A DNA stretch of 63,351 nt from an uncultured virus (IMG/VR IMGVR_UViG_2718217648_000002) (IMGVR_UViG_2718217648_000002:62001-125351); one strand, 5' to 3'. Positions 1 through 9,671 are shown, counted from the first letter of the stretch. Notes: generated by a model from the sequence alone, not told the origin. Program-made: numbers and translations.

Positions 1-127
1 ATCCTGGAAGACCTTTATCAGCAGCGGTTTGAGTATGTTGAATGGAAGCGGCTTTAAAAGTGTTGACAGAAATAAAAATACAACTGATGAGACATAAGAA
101 CCTGAAAAGTTACTAGGGGGCATTTTT

Positions 128-817
128 TTGGACAGCAGAAGTAAGATGAGATATATGCCAATTGAAGATTTTCCAAAGAAAGCTTATAAATACATGGAAG
201 CGAAATGGTTGAAAAAATTAATGAGGGACAAGAAACTTTTTGTAAATCACCTTAATAACTATCCAGAGTCAAGCTTAGGTGCGGATGTTGGAGATGACCA
301 AGAAGGTGTAGCAAACAGACATTTAAACATTAAAAAATATAAAACAGGAGACCATAATCCACACCTTCACAATGAACTACAAGAATGGTTTCCTGACTCA
401 ATAGTTAGACTTGAAGATGTGTCATTTCAAACCTCAATAATAAATAAAAATTTTTATGTTTATTGTTTAACTTTCAATTATGATAAAAATATTATGAGAA
501 AGTTTGGAGGTTCAGTAATGGTAATTAATGATTTTCCAAGTTTCGCATATTGGGTACACAATAAAATGAAAAAAAGAAATTGTGCCTTATATGCTGCGAA
601 TAATTGCATATATAGAGATTCAAGGAGCATTACTTTTAATGAGGAAAACACTGATTTTTATTTGGTGCCAGGCCTTATTAAAGATAGTAAGCATTCTGAA
701 CAAGAAGAGTTTAGATTTCTTTGGAGGAAAAACGATAATTCTTTAATAAACAGACCAATTAATGATCTTTATGTACCAGAAGCATTAAAGTTTTGCTCCT
801 TTGAAATTAATGAATAA
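128..817 (+). CDS. Hypothetical protein (start possibly ATG 146)
   Basis: 229-aa ORF, very AT-rich, no family recognised. Confidence 0.7.
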   Translation: MDSRSKMRYMPIEDFPKKAYKYMEAKWLKKLMRDKKLFVNHLNNYPESSLGADVGDDQEGVANRHLNIKKYKTGDHNPHLHNELQEWFPDSIVRLEDVSFQTSIINKNFYVYCLTFNYDKNIMRKFGGSVMVINDFPSFAYWVHNKMKKRNCALYAANNCIYRDSRSITFNEENTDFYLVPGLIKDSKHSEQEEFRFLWRKNDNSLINRPINDLYVPEALKFCSFEINE

Positions 818-921
818 AACTTTATATTGTTTTTATGGTTTACATACTACGTTCAATTATACGTATTGAATTTGCAAACTTTTTAAATGTATTTATAATC
901 TTCTTTAAGGAGTTGATTTAA

Positions 922-1332
922 ATGAATTGGGTATCTTACCCCTCAATTTTACACTATGCTAATGATGGTATTACAGTAACCTTCCCAGACCTTCCTGGTT
1001 GTATAACTTGTGGAGAAAATGATACAGAAGCAATTAGCATGGCTAAAGAAGCTTTAGGTCTTCATTTATACGGGTTGGAAATGGACGGAGAGAAGTATCC
1101 TAGTCCCTCACCGTTTTCGGAAATTAAGACAGGGGAAAACGAAGTTGTGTGTTTGATTGATGTGCCTATGCATGCATTTCGTGATGAGTATAGGCGTAAA
1201 TCAATTAAGAAAACATTAACTATTCCGGCTTGGTTAAATGAAGTGGCTGAAGAAAAGAACATTAATTTTTCCCAGGTGCTGCAGGATGCATTAAAAGATA
1301 AACTAGGACTAAATATCTTTAAGGCACAGTAA
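922..1332 (+). CDS. HicB-family antitoxin (orphan)
   Basis: VTFPDLPGCITCG..EAISMAKEAL N-domain plus KKTLTIPAWLN RHH-like C-terminus; RBS AAGGAG. Confidence 0.85.
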   Translation: MNWVSYPSILHYANDGITVTFPDLPGCITCGENDTEAISMAKEALGLHLYGLEMDGEKYPSPSPFSEIKTGENEVVCLIDVPMHAFRDEYRRKSIKKTLTIPAWLNEVAEEKNINFSQVLQDALKDKLGLNIFKAQ

Positions 1333-1402
1333 GGATTCTTATTGTGCCGGTTCATATAAAATACGAATTTTAAACAGATAAGGGTTCCTTAAAAAATAAT
1401 TA

Positions 1403-1452
1403 GAATAAAAATAAAATAAATACTTGTAATTCTGACAACTCTAATGTATATT
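1403..1452 (+). promoter_or_regulatory. sigmaA promoter of aimR with upstream SPBRE-like A-tract
   Basis: GAATAAAAATAAAAT at 1403; TTGTAA 1424-1429, 17 bp, TATATT 1447-1452. Confidence 0.7.
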
Positions 1453-1494
1453 ATAAACAAAGGGAACATTAGTTGGGAAGGGGTGTAGTAACCA

Positions 1495-2643
1495 ATGAAT
1501 CTTAAGCAGATGATTAAGAATGAATGTGAAAAAGACAACCAGCTCGCAGCGAAACTCTCAAAAATAGCAGGGTACAAAAAGGTTAATGGTTTTTACAAAT
1601 TCATCAACACCCCAGAGAAAGAAATGGACAACTTAGGCGGTTTAATTAATATTGTTAAAAGCTTGTTTCCTGATAATGAGGAGCAGCTTCTAAGTGATTA
1701 CTTCTTATCACTGGATCCCAACAAAAAATGTGCCAGACAATCTGTTGAATACTCAGATATTAATCAATGGGATACGTTAACAGACAAGATAGTGTCGAGG
1801 CTATCTAGCTCAAAAAACCTAGCAAGTCAAGAATGGGGCAATATATACAGTATACATAGAAGATTGAGCGAAAGTAAGATAAGTTTAACTGATGCAATAA
1901 GAGCAACCGGAAAGTGCAAAACAGATGAAATGTTATTTTTCTCAAATGCTATGCTGATGTATGAGTATTTGAAGGTAGGCGAATTTGGATTGATGAAAAG
2001 CACATTATCACTTCTCAATTTCAACGACTTACCCGAAGGCTTTGTGAAAGATTGCTATATGAATAGAATTTCATTATTAAATGCAAATATTTATTTAAAT
2101 GATAATGAAATTGAAAAATCTAGGTATTATTCAGAACAAGTTATTCAAAATTCAAATATAAATCGACTAAAAGTATTTGGGCATCTAACATATGGGAACA
2201 CATTAATTTTTGAAAGCTACTCTAAAGCCAAAGAGCAGTATCTTAAAGGATTGGAATTTGCTCGTGATAATGAACATCATAAATATAAGCTGCGATTAGC
2301 TCTTTGCTTTTTAAGCAACCTATGGAATAAGGATAATAAATGGCTTGACTTCGACACTGATAATATCCCTGATAAGATTGAGGTAGCATATTACTATACT
2401 AATAATAAGGAATTTAATAAAGCAGAGAAAGTAATAAATGAGCTTGAGAATATGGAATTGTACGAATATGATTCTGGGATTCTAGATTACATTAAGGGGA
2501 TTCTATACCAAAATAAGAATTATTTTTATGAAAGCACTGCAAAGTTGAAAAAATCTGGTGATAAATTATTTATCAATCTTCCATTAGCGGAGCTAAGGAA
2601 AATGGGCTGTGACGAAAAACTACTTGAATTAATCATGGTCTAA
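1495..2643 (+). CDS. aimR: Arbitrium receptor AimR (RRNPP, HTH + TPR)
   Basis: 382 aa, N-terminus NLKQMIKNECEKDNQLAAKLSKIAGY and CARQSVEY typical of AimR; immediately upstream of aimP. Confidence 0.95.
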   Translation: MNLKQMIKNECEKDNQLAAKLSKIAGYKKVNGFYKFINTPEKEMDNLGGLINIVKSLFPDNEEQLLSDYFLSLDPNKKCARQSVEYSDINQWDTLTDKIVSRLSSSKNLASQEWGNIYSIHRRLSESKISLTDAIRATGKCKTDEMLFFSNAMLMYEYLKVGEFGLMKSTLSLLNFNDLPEGFVKDCYMNRISLLNANIYLNDNEIEKSRYYSEQVIQNSNINRLKVFGHLTYGNTLIFESYSKAKEQYLKGLEFARDNEHHKYKLRLALCFLSNLWNKDNKWLDFDTDNIPDKIEVAYYYTNNKEFNKAEKVINELENMELYEYDSGILDYIKGILYQNKNYFYESTAKLKKSGDKLFINLPLAELRKMGCDEKLLELIMV

Positions 2644-2664
2644 AATTGAAGGGGGGTGAATTAA

Positions 2665-2805
2665 ATGAAAAATATTATTCTTGGAATAGTAATCTTGTTA
2701 GCAATGGCTGTTGGATTTGTTGCCGGACAGCAATCAATTGAGACAGCATCGGTAGACCATGTAGACCAGCCTGTAAAAGTTGCATCACCAAGCCGCGGGG
2801 CTTAA
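2665..2805 (+). CDS. aimP: Arbitrium pre-pro-peptide AimP, mature peptide SPSRGA
   Basis: Translated by hand: MKNIILGIVILLAMAVGFVAGQQSIETASVDHVDQPVKVASPSRGA; signal peptide and C-terminal xxxRGA; RBS GGGGGTG. Confidence 0.95.
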   Translation: MKNIILGIVILLAMAVGFVAGQQSIETASVDHVDQPVKVASPSRGA

Positions 2806-2831
2806 CTTCAAAGATAATACATAACTTGGCT

Positions 2832-2863
2832 AGACGTTTGATCCACTGGATCAGGCGTCTTTT
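2832..2863 (+). terminator. Intrinsic terminator between aimP and aimX
   Basis: AGACGTTTGATCC-act-GGATCAGGCGTCT-TTT hairpin. Confidence 0.85.
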
Positions 2864-2926
2864 CTAATTTTAAGAGAATGTTCCAGAAATTCATAATATA
2901 AAAAACAAGAACATGGGGGAATTAAA

Positions 2927-3082
2927 ATGAAAAAGCATTTCGGACAAGTACTTTCTTATGAGGATATGGCTAAGGGGTACATGGAAATGGGAGATATTAA
3001 TTTAGAAATTTCCCAGGAAGATAATCATCTTGAAAATGAAGCAGAAATGGTTAGATCAAAATATAAAGCAAAGGTATCCTAA
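2927..3082 (+). CDS. aimX: AimX, 51-aa MazE-like MazF-binding protein
   Basis: MKKHFGQVLSYEDMAKGYMEMGDINLEISQEDNHLENEAEMVRSKYKAKVS; position after aimP; GYMEMxxINL motif of the Bacillus MazE C-terminus. Confidence 0.88.
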   Translation: MKKHFGQVLSYEDMAKGYMEMGDINLEISQEDNHLENEAEMVRSKYKAKVS

Positions 3083-3145
3083 TGAAGATTAAAGACAAAT
3101 CAGCAGACATTTTAACACATACATAGGGGATGTGTTATTTGTCTT

Positions 3146-3195
3146 GAATAAAAATAAAATAAATTGTTGCATATTATTCTAGCAACATATATAAT
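3146..3195 (+). promoter_or_regulatory. sigmaA promoter of sro operon with SPBRE-like motif
   Basis: GAATAAAAATAAAAT 3146; TTGCAT 3167-3172, 17 bp, TATAAT 3190-3195. Confidence 0.75.
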
Positions 3196-3213
3196 GAAGT
3201 TACAAGATGAACG

Positions 3214-3444
3214 TTGTTGGGAGATGAAACAATGGAAACAACCAGTGCCACTCAAAAGGAAGAGTTGAAGATTACATCATTAAGACAATATCAATACATA
3301 AAACAACTAAAGAACTTCACACGAGTCAATCTCCACCTAGAGGATCCAGATGTGTTTACACCTAATAATGTAACTACAATGAGAAAAAATCATAAAGAAT
3401 ACAACCTCATTAAAGAACAAAAAAATTCTATAAAATGTATTTAA
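3214..3444 (+). CDS. Small protein, first gene of sro operon (start probably ATG 3232)
   Basis: ORF after promoter, position of sroA. Confidence 0.65.
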   Translation: MLGDETMETTSATQKEELKITSLRQYQYIKQLKNFTRVNLHLEDPDVFTPNNVTTMRKNHKEYNLIKEQKNSIKCI

Positions 3445-3458
3445 GGAGTAAAAATAAA

Positions 3459-3689
3459 ATGAATAATAAATATTATACAGAAGAAAACAAGGCTAAAGTT
3501 TGGAAAAAGCATATGATCGTTTTAAAGTTTCTAGAGCAGCCTGAGATAGCAGTAGCTTATAATGAGTTCCTACGAAGAGAAGCGACAAGTGATGAATGGG
3601 TTGGGTTCGAAGAGGAGCTTTATGAGGAATTGACGGGGATGCCAATTATAAACGTCTGTAAGGACGAGAGGGTAAATGTCCTAAACTGA
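3459..3689 (+). CDS. phi3T_93/SroB-like lysogeny factor (MazE-binding)
   Basis: MNNKYYTEENKAKVWKKHMIVLKFLEQP resembles phi3T_93 as recalled; RBS AAGGAG; synteny. Confidence 0.65.
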   Translation: MNNKYYTEENKAKVWKKHMIVLKFLEQPEIAVAYNEFLRREATSDEWVGFEEELYEELTGMPIINVCKDERVNVLN

Positions 3690-3727
3690 ATTTTATTATA
3701 GGATAAAAATAAATTAGGTGTGATAAA

Positions 3728-3892
3728 ATGAATGCAGACATCTTAATTAACGCTCTTAAAGAATACGACATGTTAAAGCAAATGGAAATCTGTAACGCCA
3801 ATATAATGCTGCTGAGTAATATTCAAGGTGAGAATGAATGGATTGTTGCGTGGAAAGAATTTGATCAATACTTAATGAAAAAAATGATATGA
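3728..3892 (+). CDS. 54-aa protein of sro operon
   Basis: MNADILINALKEYDMLKQ...KKMI; RBS AGGTG; fills gap before yopP. Confidence 0.7.
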   Translation: MNADILINALKEYDMLKQMEICNANIMLLSNIQGENEWIVAWKEFDQYLMKKMI

Positions 3893-3901
3893 GGTGTCAT
3901 T

Positions 3902-4960
3902 ATGGAAGCTCAAAAGAAAGCGTCAACACTAAGGGATTATTCAATATACAATAACATAAATAGGTGGTTTGATGAATTAGATTTAAGAAACAGGGATCGA
4001 GAAACTGGAGAAATTGAAAAGTCTAATACTAGAGCCACGTATGAAAGGCATATAAGAGAGTTTTTCAACCACTATGCTGCCAAGGATATTGAATATTTAA
4101 CTGAGAGTGACCTGGCGATTAAGAAGAGTGACCTGTATGATTATCGAACCCATTTGGCTAAAAATAAAAGCAACTCCAATTCAACAATTAACAATAAGAT
4201 TGCCGCACTGAAAAGTATGATTAAGTACCTTGAATCTGAACATGAGTGTGATGCATCTGTATTTAATTTTAGACCTCTTCCAACAGAAAAGAACCCAGCA
4301 GGCTCTTTTGAAGGAATATCTGAAGCTGATGAATTTGCTGAGGCAGCGTATGTTACTGAGCGTCAGAACAGATTAATGAAAAAGATGTTTATTTTGTTTA
4401 GTGCACGTACTGGTGGACGTAAATCAGAGGTACTTAGAGTTGGGTGGGATGATATTACTTATTCAGAAAAGCACCAATGCTATCTCGTCAACTTTAAAAA
4501 AACTAAGCAAAAAAAGGCTAGACCAGTTGGGATTTCCACTGCTTTTTATGAAGAGTTATTGCTGTTAAAGCAAGAGTATGGGGAACATGAGCTTTTATTT
4601 CATAAGTTAACAGTTGATTCAATACAGGATATGTGGAATCGCGTATGTAGAGTTATGGGCATTCCCAAAGAAAGAAAGATAACTCCGCATAGTTTACGCA
4701 ATACTGCAACAAACTTTTCTTACAGCATTAATGGTGATATTAAAAAAGTGGCAGCGTTCTCTGGCCACAGCAATATCAATACTTTAAATGACCATTATTT
4801 AGTCAATGAAAGGGATTATTCTCAAGATCCAGGGGTTTTGGTTGATCAAAAAGAAGACATGTCCTTTTTAGATGATGTTACCTTAGAGCAATATAAAGAA
4901 TTCTTTTTAAAATCAGACATGTATATACAGAATAAACTTAAAATGTTTTTGAACAAGTGA
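3902..4960 (+). CDS. yopP: Tyrosine recombinase-family protein YopP/SroD
   Basis: RTGGRKSEV, KTK, HSLR, SGH, HY motifs; synteny. Confidence 0.88.
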   Translation: MEAQKKASTLRDYSIYNNINRWFDELDLRNRDRETGEIEKSNTRATYERHIREFFNHYAAKDIEYLTESDLAIKKSDLYDYRTHLAKNKSNSNSTINNKIAALKSMIKYLESEHECDASVFNFRPLPTEKNPAGSFEGISEADEFAEAAYVTERQNRLMKKMFILFSARTGGRKSEVLRVGWDDITYSEKHQCYLVNFKKTKQKKARPVGISTAFYEELLLLKQEYGEHELLFHKLTVDSIQDMWNRVCRVMGIPKERKITPHSLRNTATNFSYSINGDIKKVAAFSGHSNINTLNDHYLVNERDYSQDPGVLVDQKEDMSFLDDVTLEQYKEFFLKSDMYIQNKLKMFLNK

Positions 4961-5036
4961 TACAAATAATCATATAAAAGCTTTACTTGCTTATGAAAAT
5001 AATGATAAATTTAATATGATTATGTGAGGTGATAAT

Positions 5037-6386
5037 GTGTCTGAAGTTTTGTTGACAACGGATAAACTTTATAAGTTAAAAACTGAAATAGAGAAAAATC
5101 TTAATGATATTAAAAATGATCCCAATATGGTGAAGGAATTAAAAGCCACAATGGCGGACAAATACAAGGCACTCCCTGGTTATATCCAAGAAATTTTAAA
5201 TAATAATGATAACAACGTACAGCGTTTAAACGAAAAAGAAGTGTACATTGTTTCAAAAGAGTTGTATTCAATTCTTGGGACGCAAGCTTTAGATCCGTCA
5301 AATTATTTTCCAACCAGATTGGCAAAAGAGCTTGAAGGTGGGAGAGTATTCGCCGGTGAAGAAGTAGTTAAGCTCCCCTACAAGTTTAAAAATGTGATTA
5401 AAATTAAAGAGGATAACTATGTCACTTCCATTACTGCCAAAGAACTGAGTGAGTTATATAATAGCTCCATCCTGCAGTACAATTACAACACTCAGCGAGA
5501 AGGAAAGTACATTAAGGGCAGCCTTATTCCTGTACCTAAAACAAACCCTAAATCAGTTGATGAGATCAAAGAATTGTTTATTAAAGGCGATTTAATTGTA
5601 TCAATGTTAACTTTTAACGCTCGTCTTGGAACATCTGATGGTGATGAAGAAGTTGAATATGATTCAAGCGACCAAACCCTCACTGTAACACGAGGAACCT
5701 TATTAGATGCTCTTGATGGATATCATCGAATTTCAGGTATTGTTAAGGCCATTGCTGAAGTCCCTGAATTAGATCAACCATTCATTTTAAATGTGCTCAA
5801 TTACGATGAAGAAAAGGCTAAGGTTCACTTTGCTCAAATGAATACAATTAACCCAGTTGAAAAATCCAGAATTGAAGAATTGGGTCAAAAACGGTATTCT
5901 TCAACCGTTGTCGAGCAGCTGAAATTTAAAAGTGAACTTAAAAATAAAATAAGCCCACAAAGTGAAATTGCTATTGATAGCAATTTTCTTGTAACATATT
6001 ATACTTTATCCGAAGCTATAGACGATGTATTTGAGTTGAAATCTCGAAAAGATGCGTTGAAAATTGCGAAATACTTGGTAGACTTTTTTGATAACCTTTT
6101 TTATGCATTCCCAGACGAATTTCTTGAAGATGATTTATCGTCCATTAGAAAGCAATCATACATTAATCATAACGTAATGTTTTACGGTTATGTTTATTTG
6201 GCCAAGAAGATGAAGGAAAACAATGTAGAACTAAACAAGCTTGAAAATATCCTTAATACGATTGACTTTAGTAAAAGCGGAAGAGTGTTTGAAGAATTAG
6301 GAAGACAAAATAATGAGAATCAACTAAAGAATATTATGAAGAAGAAACTTAAGCGAATGTTTTATGATGAAATTGCTGTTGTTTAA
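5037..6386 (+). CDS. yopQ: YopQ/SroE, DndB/ParB-like (DGQHR-type) protein
   Basis: LDGYHR motif, F..MN..NPV; synteny. Confidence 0.85.
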   Translation: MSEVLLTTDKLYKLKTEIEKNLNDIKNDPNMVKELKATMADKYKALPGYIQEILNNNDNNVQRLNEKEVYIVSKELYSILGTQALDPSNYFPTRLAKELEGGRVFAGEEVVKLPYKFKNVIKIKEDNYVTSITAKELSELYNSSILQYNYNTQREGKYIKGSLIPVPKTNPKSVDEIKELFIKGDLIVSMLTFNARLGTSDGDEEVEYDSSDQTLTVTRGTLLDALDGYHRISGIVKAIAEVPELDQPFILNVLNYDEEKAKVHFAQMNTINPVEKSRIEELGQKRYSSTVVEQLKFKSELKNKISPQSEIAIDSNFLVTYYTLSEAIDDVFELKSRKDALKIAKYLVDFFDNLFYAFPDEFLEDDLSSIRKQSYINHNVMFYGYVYLAKKMKENNVELNKLENILNTIDFSKSGRVFEELGRQNNENQLKNIMKKKLKRMFYDEIAVV

Positions 6387-6406
6387 AGCCTAAAGGAGAA
6401 TTTAAT

Positions 6407-7390
6407 ATGAGTGAAATATATAATGCTGAATTGAAGGAAAAGTTTTTAGAGAAATACGAAAGTGAAGCAACAAGAAACCATTATTGGCTAAGGCTAAGGG
6501 ATTTCTCAGCTACAGAAAAAATACTTCAAAAAGACATATTTAATTTTTCTTTGGAAGAGCTGCGTACGTTATTTTTAGATTTAGATAGCAAATCTATAGA
6601 TTCACTAAGAGGAGCAAGAGCTGTAATTGGACAATACACAACCTGGGCAATGGAAAATGGCTTGGCAAACAGTAACATCAACAAAGTGTATCAGATACAG
6701 GATGGTGACTTAAAGCAGTTTATAGATAAAAACAAAAAAACACTATTCACCAATAAAGAAGTAGAAGAGTATGTTGATTTTATGGTTAATGATCAGGATA
6801 AAGCGATGATACAGGCTATTTATGAAGGCATAGATGGCTATCAGCATTCAGAGTTACTGAATTTAACAGGTGACGATTTACTTGATGATAACAAGGTAAA
6901 GCTGATAGATGATAAACACGGTGTAAGAATAATTACTGTAAGCGATAAATGTTATGAGTTGCTTAAGCGTGCTAATGATCAAACAACTTATCATCTTAGC
7001 AATGGTTCGCCAGATAGTGGTCTTAAAAACAAATTTGCTACATTAGTTAAAAGCAAAAACATTTTTAGGCTAAAATACAAGAGTTCTAATCAGAGTATGA
7101 AAGCTGACAAGTTTTTAGTTCACCGATCTTTTAGCCAGTTTCAAAAATTTTTAGAAGAACCCTTCTTTTCACCTAAGAACCTTATCAACTCAGGAAAGCT
7201 CAACATGGCGTATGAGATATACAAAGAGAAGGGTGAATTAAAAGTACCTGATTATAAAAAAATAACTCGACAATACGGGTTTCTGAATGAAGACGCGGAG
7301 TTTAATTCACAATCACTGAGGAAAGTAGTGAATATGGATAACTTAGAAAAATATTGTATCAAGTCTGAAGTAATTGAGACTAATTCTTAA
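6407..7390 (+). CDS. yopR: Master repressor YopR/SroF/MrpR (integrase-fold, degenerate catalytic motifs)
   Basis: [11 protein letters not shown]-terminus, [21 protein letters not shown]; synteny. Confidence 0.88.
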   Translation: MSEIYNAELKEKFLEKYESEATRNHYWLRLRDFSATEKILQKDIFNFSLEELRTLFLDLDSKSIDSLRGARAVIGQYTTWAMENGLANSNINKVYQIQDGDLKQFIDKNKKTLFTNKEVEEYVDFMVNDQDKAMIQAIYEGIDGYQHSELLNLTGDDLLDDNKVKLIDDKHGVRIITVSDKCYELLKRANDQTTYHLSNGSPDSGLKNKFATLVKSKNIFRLKYKSSNQSMKADKFLVHRSFSQFQKFLEEPFFSPKNLINSGKLNMAYEIYKEKGELKVPDYKKITRQYGFLNEDAEFNSQSLRKVVNMDNLEKYCIKSEVIETNS

Positions 7391-7408
7391 TCCCTGTTGC
7401 AGGGATTA
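7388..7408 (+). terminator. Hairpin after yopR
   Basis: TAATCCCTG-ttg-CAGGGATTA. Confidence 0.65.
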
Positions 7409-7611
7409 TCTTTACATAACTTTTAGAGTAAAAATAAAACATGTGCGGATAAACTCGTGATATTTTTTCGAAAAATATCAGGATTTTGTTCACATTTTTC
7501 AGAATTCGACAAAGTTAGACAGAGACAAATTTGTACATATGCAGTAAAATAGTTCTATACCCTAAAAAGGGTACAAGGAGGTTCGCTAGGCCAAACTCCC
7601 TAGCGATAAAG

Positions 7612-7833
7612 TCAATGTTTGATTTTCCATTCATAGAGATCTTCAATTGAACAGTTAAGGGCAATAGCAATGATTTTCGCTGTTTTTATATTCATAGAAG
7701 GTCTAAAGCCGTTTGCATAGTCACTTAATCTTTGCGTACTAATGCCTGTTCGCTTTGAAAGTTCTCCTAATGACATTCCTTTACTTTCGAGGAGAATGGA
7801 AATCAAACATTGTCCGATTTCAACCTCAAGCAT
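7612..7833 (-). CDS. yopS: XRE/Cro HTH regulator YopS
   Basis: HTH pattern LSKRTGISTQRLSDYANG; RBS AGGAGG before ATG 7833; antisense orientation as in SPbeta. Confidence 0.8.
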   Translation of the reverse strand: MLEVEIGQCLISILLESKGMSLGELSKRTGISTQRLSDYANGFRPSMNIKTAKIIAIALNCSIEDLYEWKIKH

Positions 7834-7910
7834 CGGACAACCTCCTGTTATAGTATTGCTTATCATACTATATCAATTCTTTCCAAGTTTTTAAATGAAA
7901 GAAAAAAGAT

Positions 7911-7968
7911 TTGCCACTAACTAGGTAAAAGGTTATAATTAAGTCAACAAAAAGGGAACATAAGTTCG
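7911..7968 (+). promoter_or_regulatory. sigmaA promoter with LexA (SOS/Cheo) box
   Basis: TTGCCA 7911, 17 bp, TATAAT 7934; GGAAC-ATAA-GTTCG 7955-7968 (consensus CGAAC-N4-GTTCG). Confidence 0.75.
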
Positions 7969-7997
7969 GTTAATTACTACCAGAGAGAGGGAAACGT

Positions 7998-8297
7998 ATG
8001 TCAGAAAAGGATTATTTTATTCAAGGGGAGCTGTGCATTCCTTTTTTTGGCAGGATAAAAGCCAAGAATGAAGAGGAAGCACTCTTGTTCGCATATCAAT
8101 CAATTAAAAAGAAATTAAGAAACAAAACAGGGAAAATGGGGTTTCTTCAAAAAGATCAAGAAAAATATGAGGCACTATTTGATGTAGACATCATGTGTAC
8201 AGAGGATGCTGAAATAACAACCTCTTATGCCGAAGAAATAGACGATTCGTTTGAAAATGAAGGCTATAAATCTTCTCAACTGTTATCAATAAAATAA
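7998..8297 (+). CDS. Hypothetical protein, probably SOS-regulated
   Basis: ORF with RBS directly downstream of LexA box. Confidence 0.7.
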   Translation: MSEKDYFIQGELCIPFFGRIKAKNEEEALLFAYQSIKKKLRNKTGKMGFLQKDQEKYEALFDVDIMCTEDAEITTSYAEEIDDSFENEGYKSSQLLSIK

Positions 8298-8371
8298 AAG
8301 CACATACACATCTTGTCAGTCATCATGAGACATAAAAAATTGGTGACTTTTTAGTCAGACTGGAGCATACA

Positions 8372-8617
8372 ATGGATTTTAATCTTGAAATTGACTTGAA
8401 AGACATTATGAGATCAGTTTCCATGAGTGTTGGTTCTAAGAACATACAAAGTGGAGAGTACTACATAGACATTATCTTTAAAAACAATGGGGATTGTTTG
8501 AGGATTAGAATGGATCATGCTTCAGTTTTAGAATTTAGAGACAAAATAAATGAAACTCTTTGGAAACTGGACGGCATGAAGACGTTTATGAAGACAGCAG
8601 CTTTACAGTATGAGTAA
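8372..8617 (+). CDS. Hypothetical phage protein
   Basis: ORF with GGAG RBS. Confidence 0.65.
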   Translation: MDFNLEIDLKDIMRSVSMSVGSKNIQSGEYYIDIIFKNNGDCLRIRMDHASVLEFRDKINETLWKLDGMKTFMKTAALQYE

Positions 8618-8641
8618 AGCTGATTTTTTTAAAATTATTTA

Positions 8642-8690
8642 GAATAAAAATAAAATAAGTATTTACAACATATGGTTGAGGTTATATAAT
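8642..8690 (+). promoter_or_regulatory. SPBRE-associated sigmaA promoter
   Basis: GAATAAAAATAAAAT 8642; TTTACA 8662, 17 bp, TATAAT 8685. Confidence 0.75.
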
Positions 8691-8725
8691 CGAATTAGAA
8701 TTAGGAAAGGAGATAGCTTTAATTA

Positions 8726-8950
8726 TTGATTAATGAACCAACTAATAATCAAATAAGAACCATGGTTTTAAAGAAATATGCAAAGCTCTTAGCGTCATGT
8801 GAAAGGTCATTGCGCAGCATAGAGAATAACGAAATAAGAATGGCAATTGGAGACCTAGATTTTGTTAAAGACAATTTAGAGGAAATACAATACATACTCC
8901 GTGATGTTGTGAATCAGCATGAATGTATTAAGAGTAAAAATAAAATTTAA
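8726..8950 (+). CDS. Hypothetical phage protein
   Basis: ORF, RBS AAGGAG, TTG start. Confidence 0.7.
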   Translation: MINEPTNNQIRTMVLKKYAKLLASCERSLRSIENNEIRMAIGDLDFVKDNLEEIQYILRDVVNQHECIKSKNKI

Positions 8951-8982
8951 GTTTTATAGAGATTAAGATAAGGGGGAATAAC

Positions 8983-9264
8983 ATGGGTGCATTAATCGCT
9001 AAGCAACCGAATGGACGGTACTGCCGATTTAGTTCAGTGGTAGACTGTCCAACGCACATAAATATGACGCGTGAAGACTATTTAAATAATTTTACTGGGA
9101 CAACAAAAGGAAGGGAAGATGCTGAAGATACACTTGCAAATTATCTCCGGCCGTTTCACGAAGTTATAAAGTGGTACACACCGCTGAACATGAGCGAAAA
9201 AGAGTTTGTGGAGGCGTTAAAAGAAATGTGTGACGAAAACCCAAAGGAGGCGCGGGAATTGTGA
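8983..9264 (+). CDS. Hypothetical phage protein
   Basis: ORF with RBS; QPNGRYCRFSSVVDCPTH motif typical of small phage proteins. Confidence 0.75.
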   Translation: MGALIAKQPNGRYCRFSSVVDCPTHINMTREDYLNNFTGTTKGREDAEDTLANYLRPFHEVIKWYTPLNMSEKEFVEALKEMCDENPKEAREL

Positions 9265-9671
9265 ACACAGCATACAGGGTGTGGGACGGCGAGCAGATGC
9301 ATTATTGGGATGATGAAGGGTTGAGCCTTACCATCAAAAATAACGGTGATTGGACTTTGAAACGTTTATACACAGATGTTTTGGTTCCCGTTGTAGACAG
9401 CACGAATAGAAACGCGGCTCTCATGTGGGGCACAGGGTTGAAGGATAAAAACGAAAAAATGATTTACGAGAAGGACGTCATAAAGTTTAAATCTGTCTAT
9501 TGCGAAAACAAGATTATAAAAGCAGTGGTCAAGTTTAGAGATTCTCTTGGGTCGTTTGTATTCAATAGGGGAGACGATCAAGACTTTTGGAGAATGGACG
9601 TATCCCTAAGTGAAATCGAAGTCATCGGAGACATTTATCAAAATCCTGAGTTATTGGAGGGCGCGGAGTGA
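9261..9671 (+). CDS. YopX-family protein
   Basis: YRVWD, TGLKDKN..IYEKD, EVIGDIYQNPELL. Confidence 0.9.
   Translation: MNTAYRVWDGEQMHYWDDEGLSLTIKNNGDWTLKRLYTDVLVPVVDSTNRNAALMWGTGLKDKNEKMIYEKDVIKFKSVYCENKIIKAVVKFRDSLGSFVFNRGDDQDFWRMDVSLSEIEVIGDIYQNPELLEGAE

Noticed and set aside
1463..1476. GGAAC-ATTA-GTTGG possible SOS box in aimR leader
   Set aside because: Mismatch in the GTTC core half-site; too weak to call.
1389..1577. Minus-strand ORF over the aimR promoter (and similar short antisense ORFs inside long genes)
   Set aside because: Overlap well-supported genes, lack RBSs; typical antisense shadows.
2861..2890. TTTCT-N19-AGAAA as AimR operator
   Set aside because: Short AT-rich arms, and no convincing second copy found upstream of yosL.
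6608..6616. AGAGGAGCA (RGA) and GGAGCATAG at 40562 as further peptide mimics
   Set aside because: The first is internal to yopR with no stop; the second is the RBS of the 40575 gene with no in-frame start.
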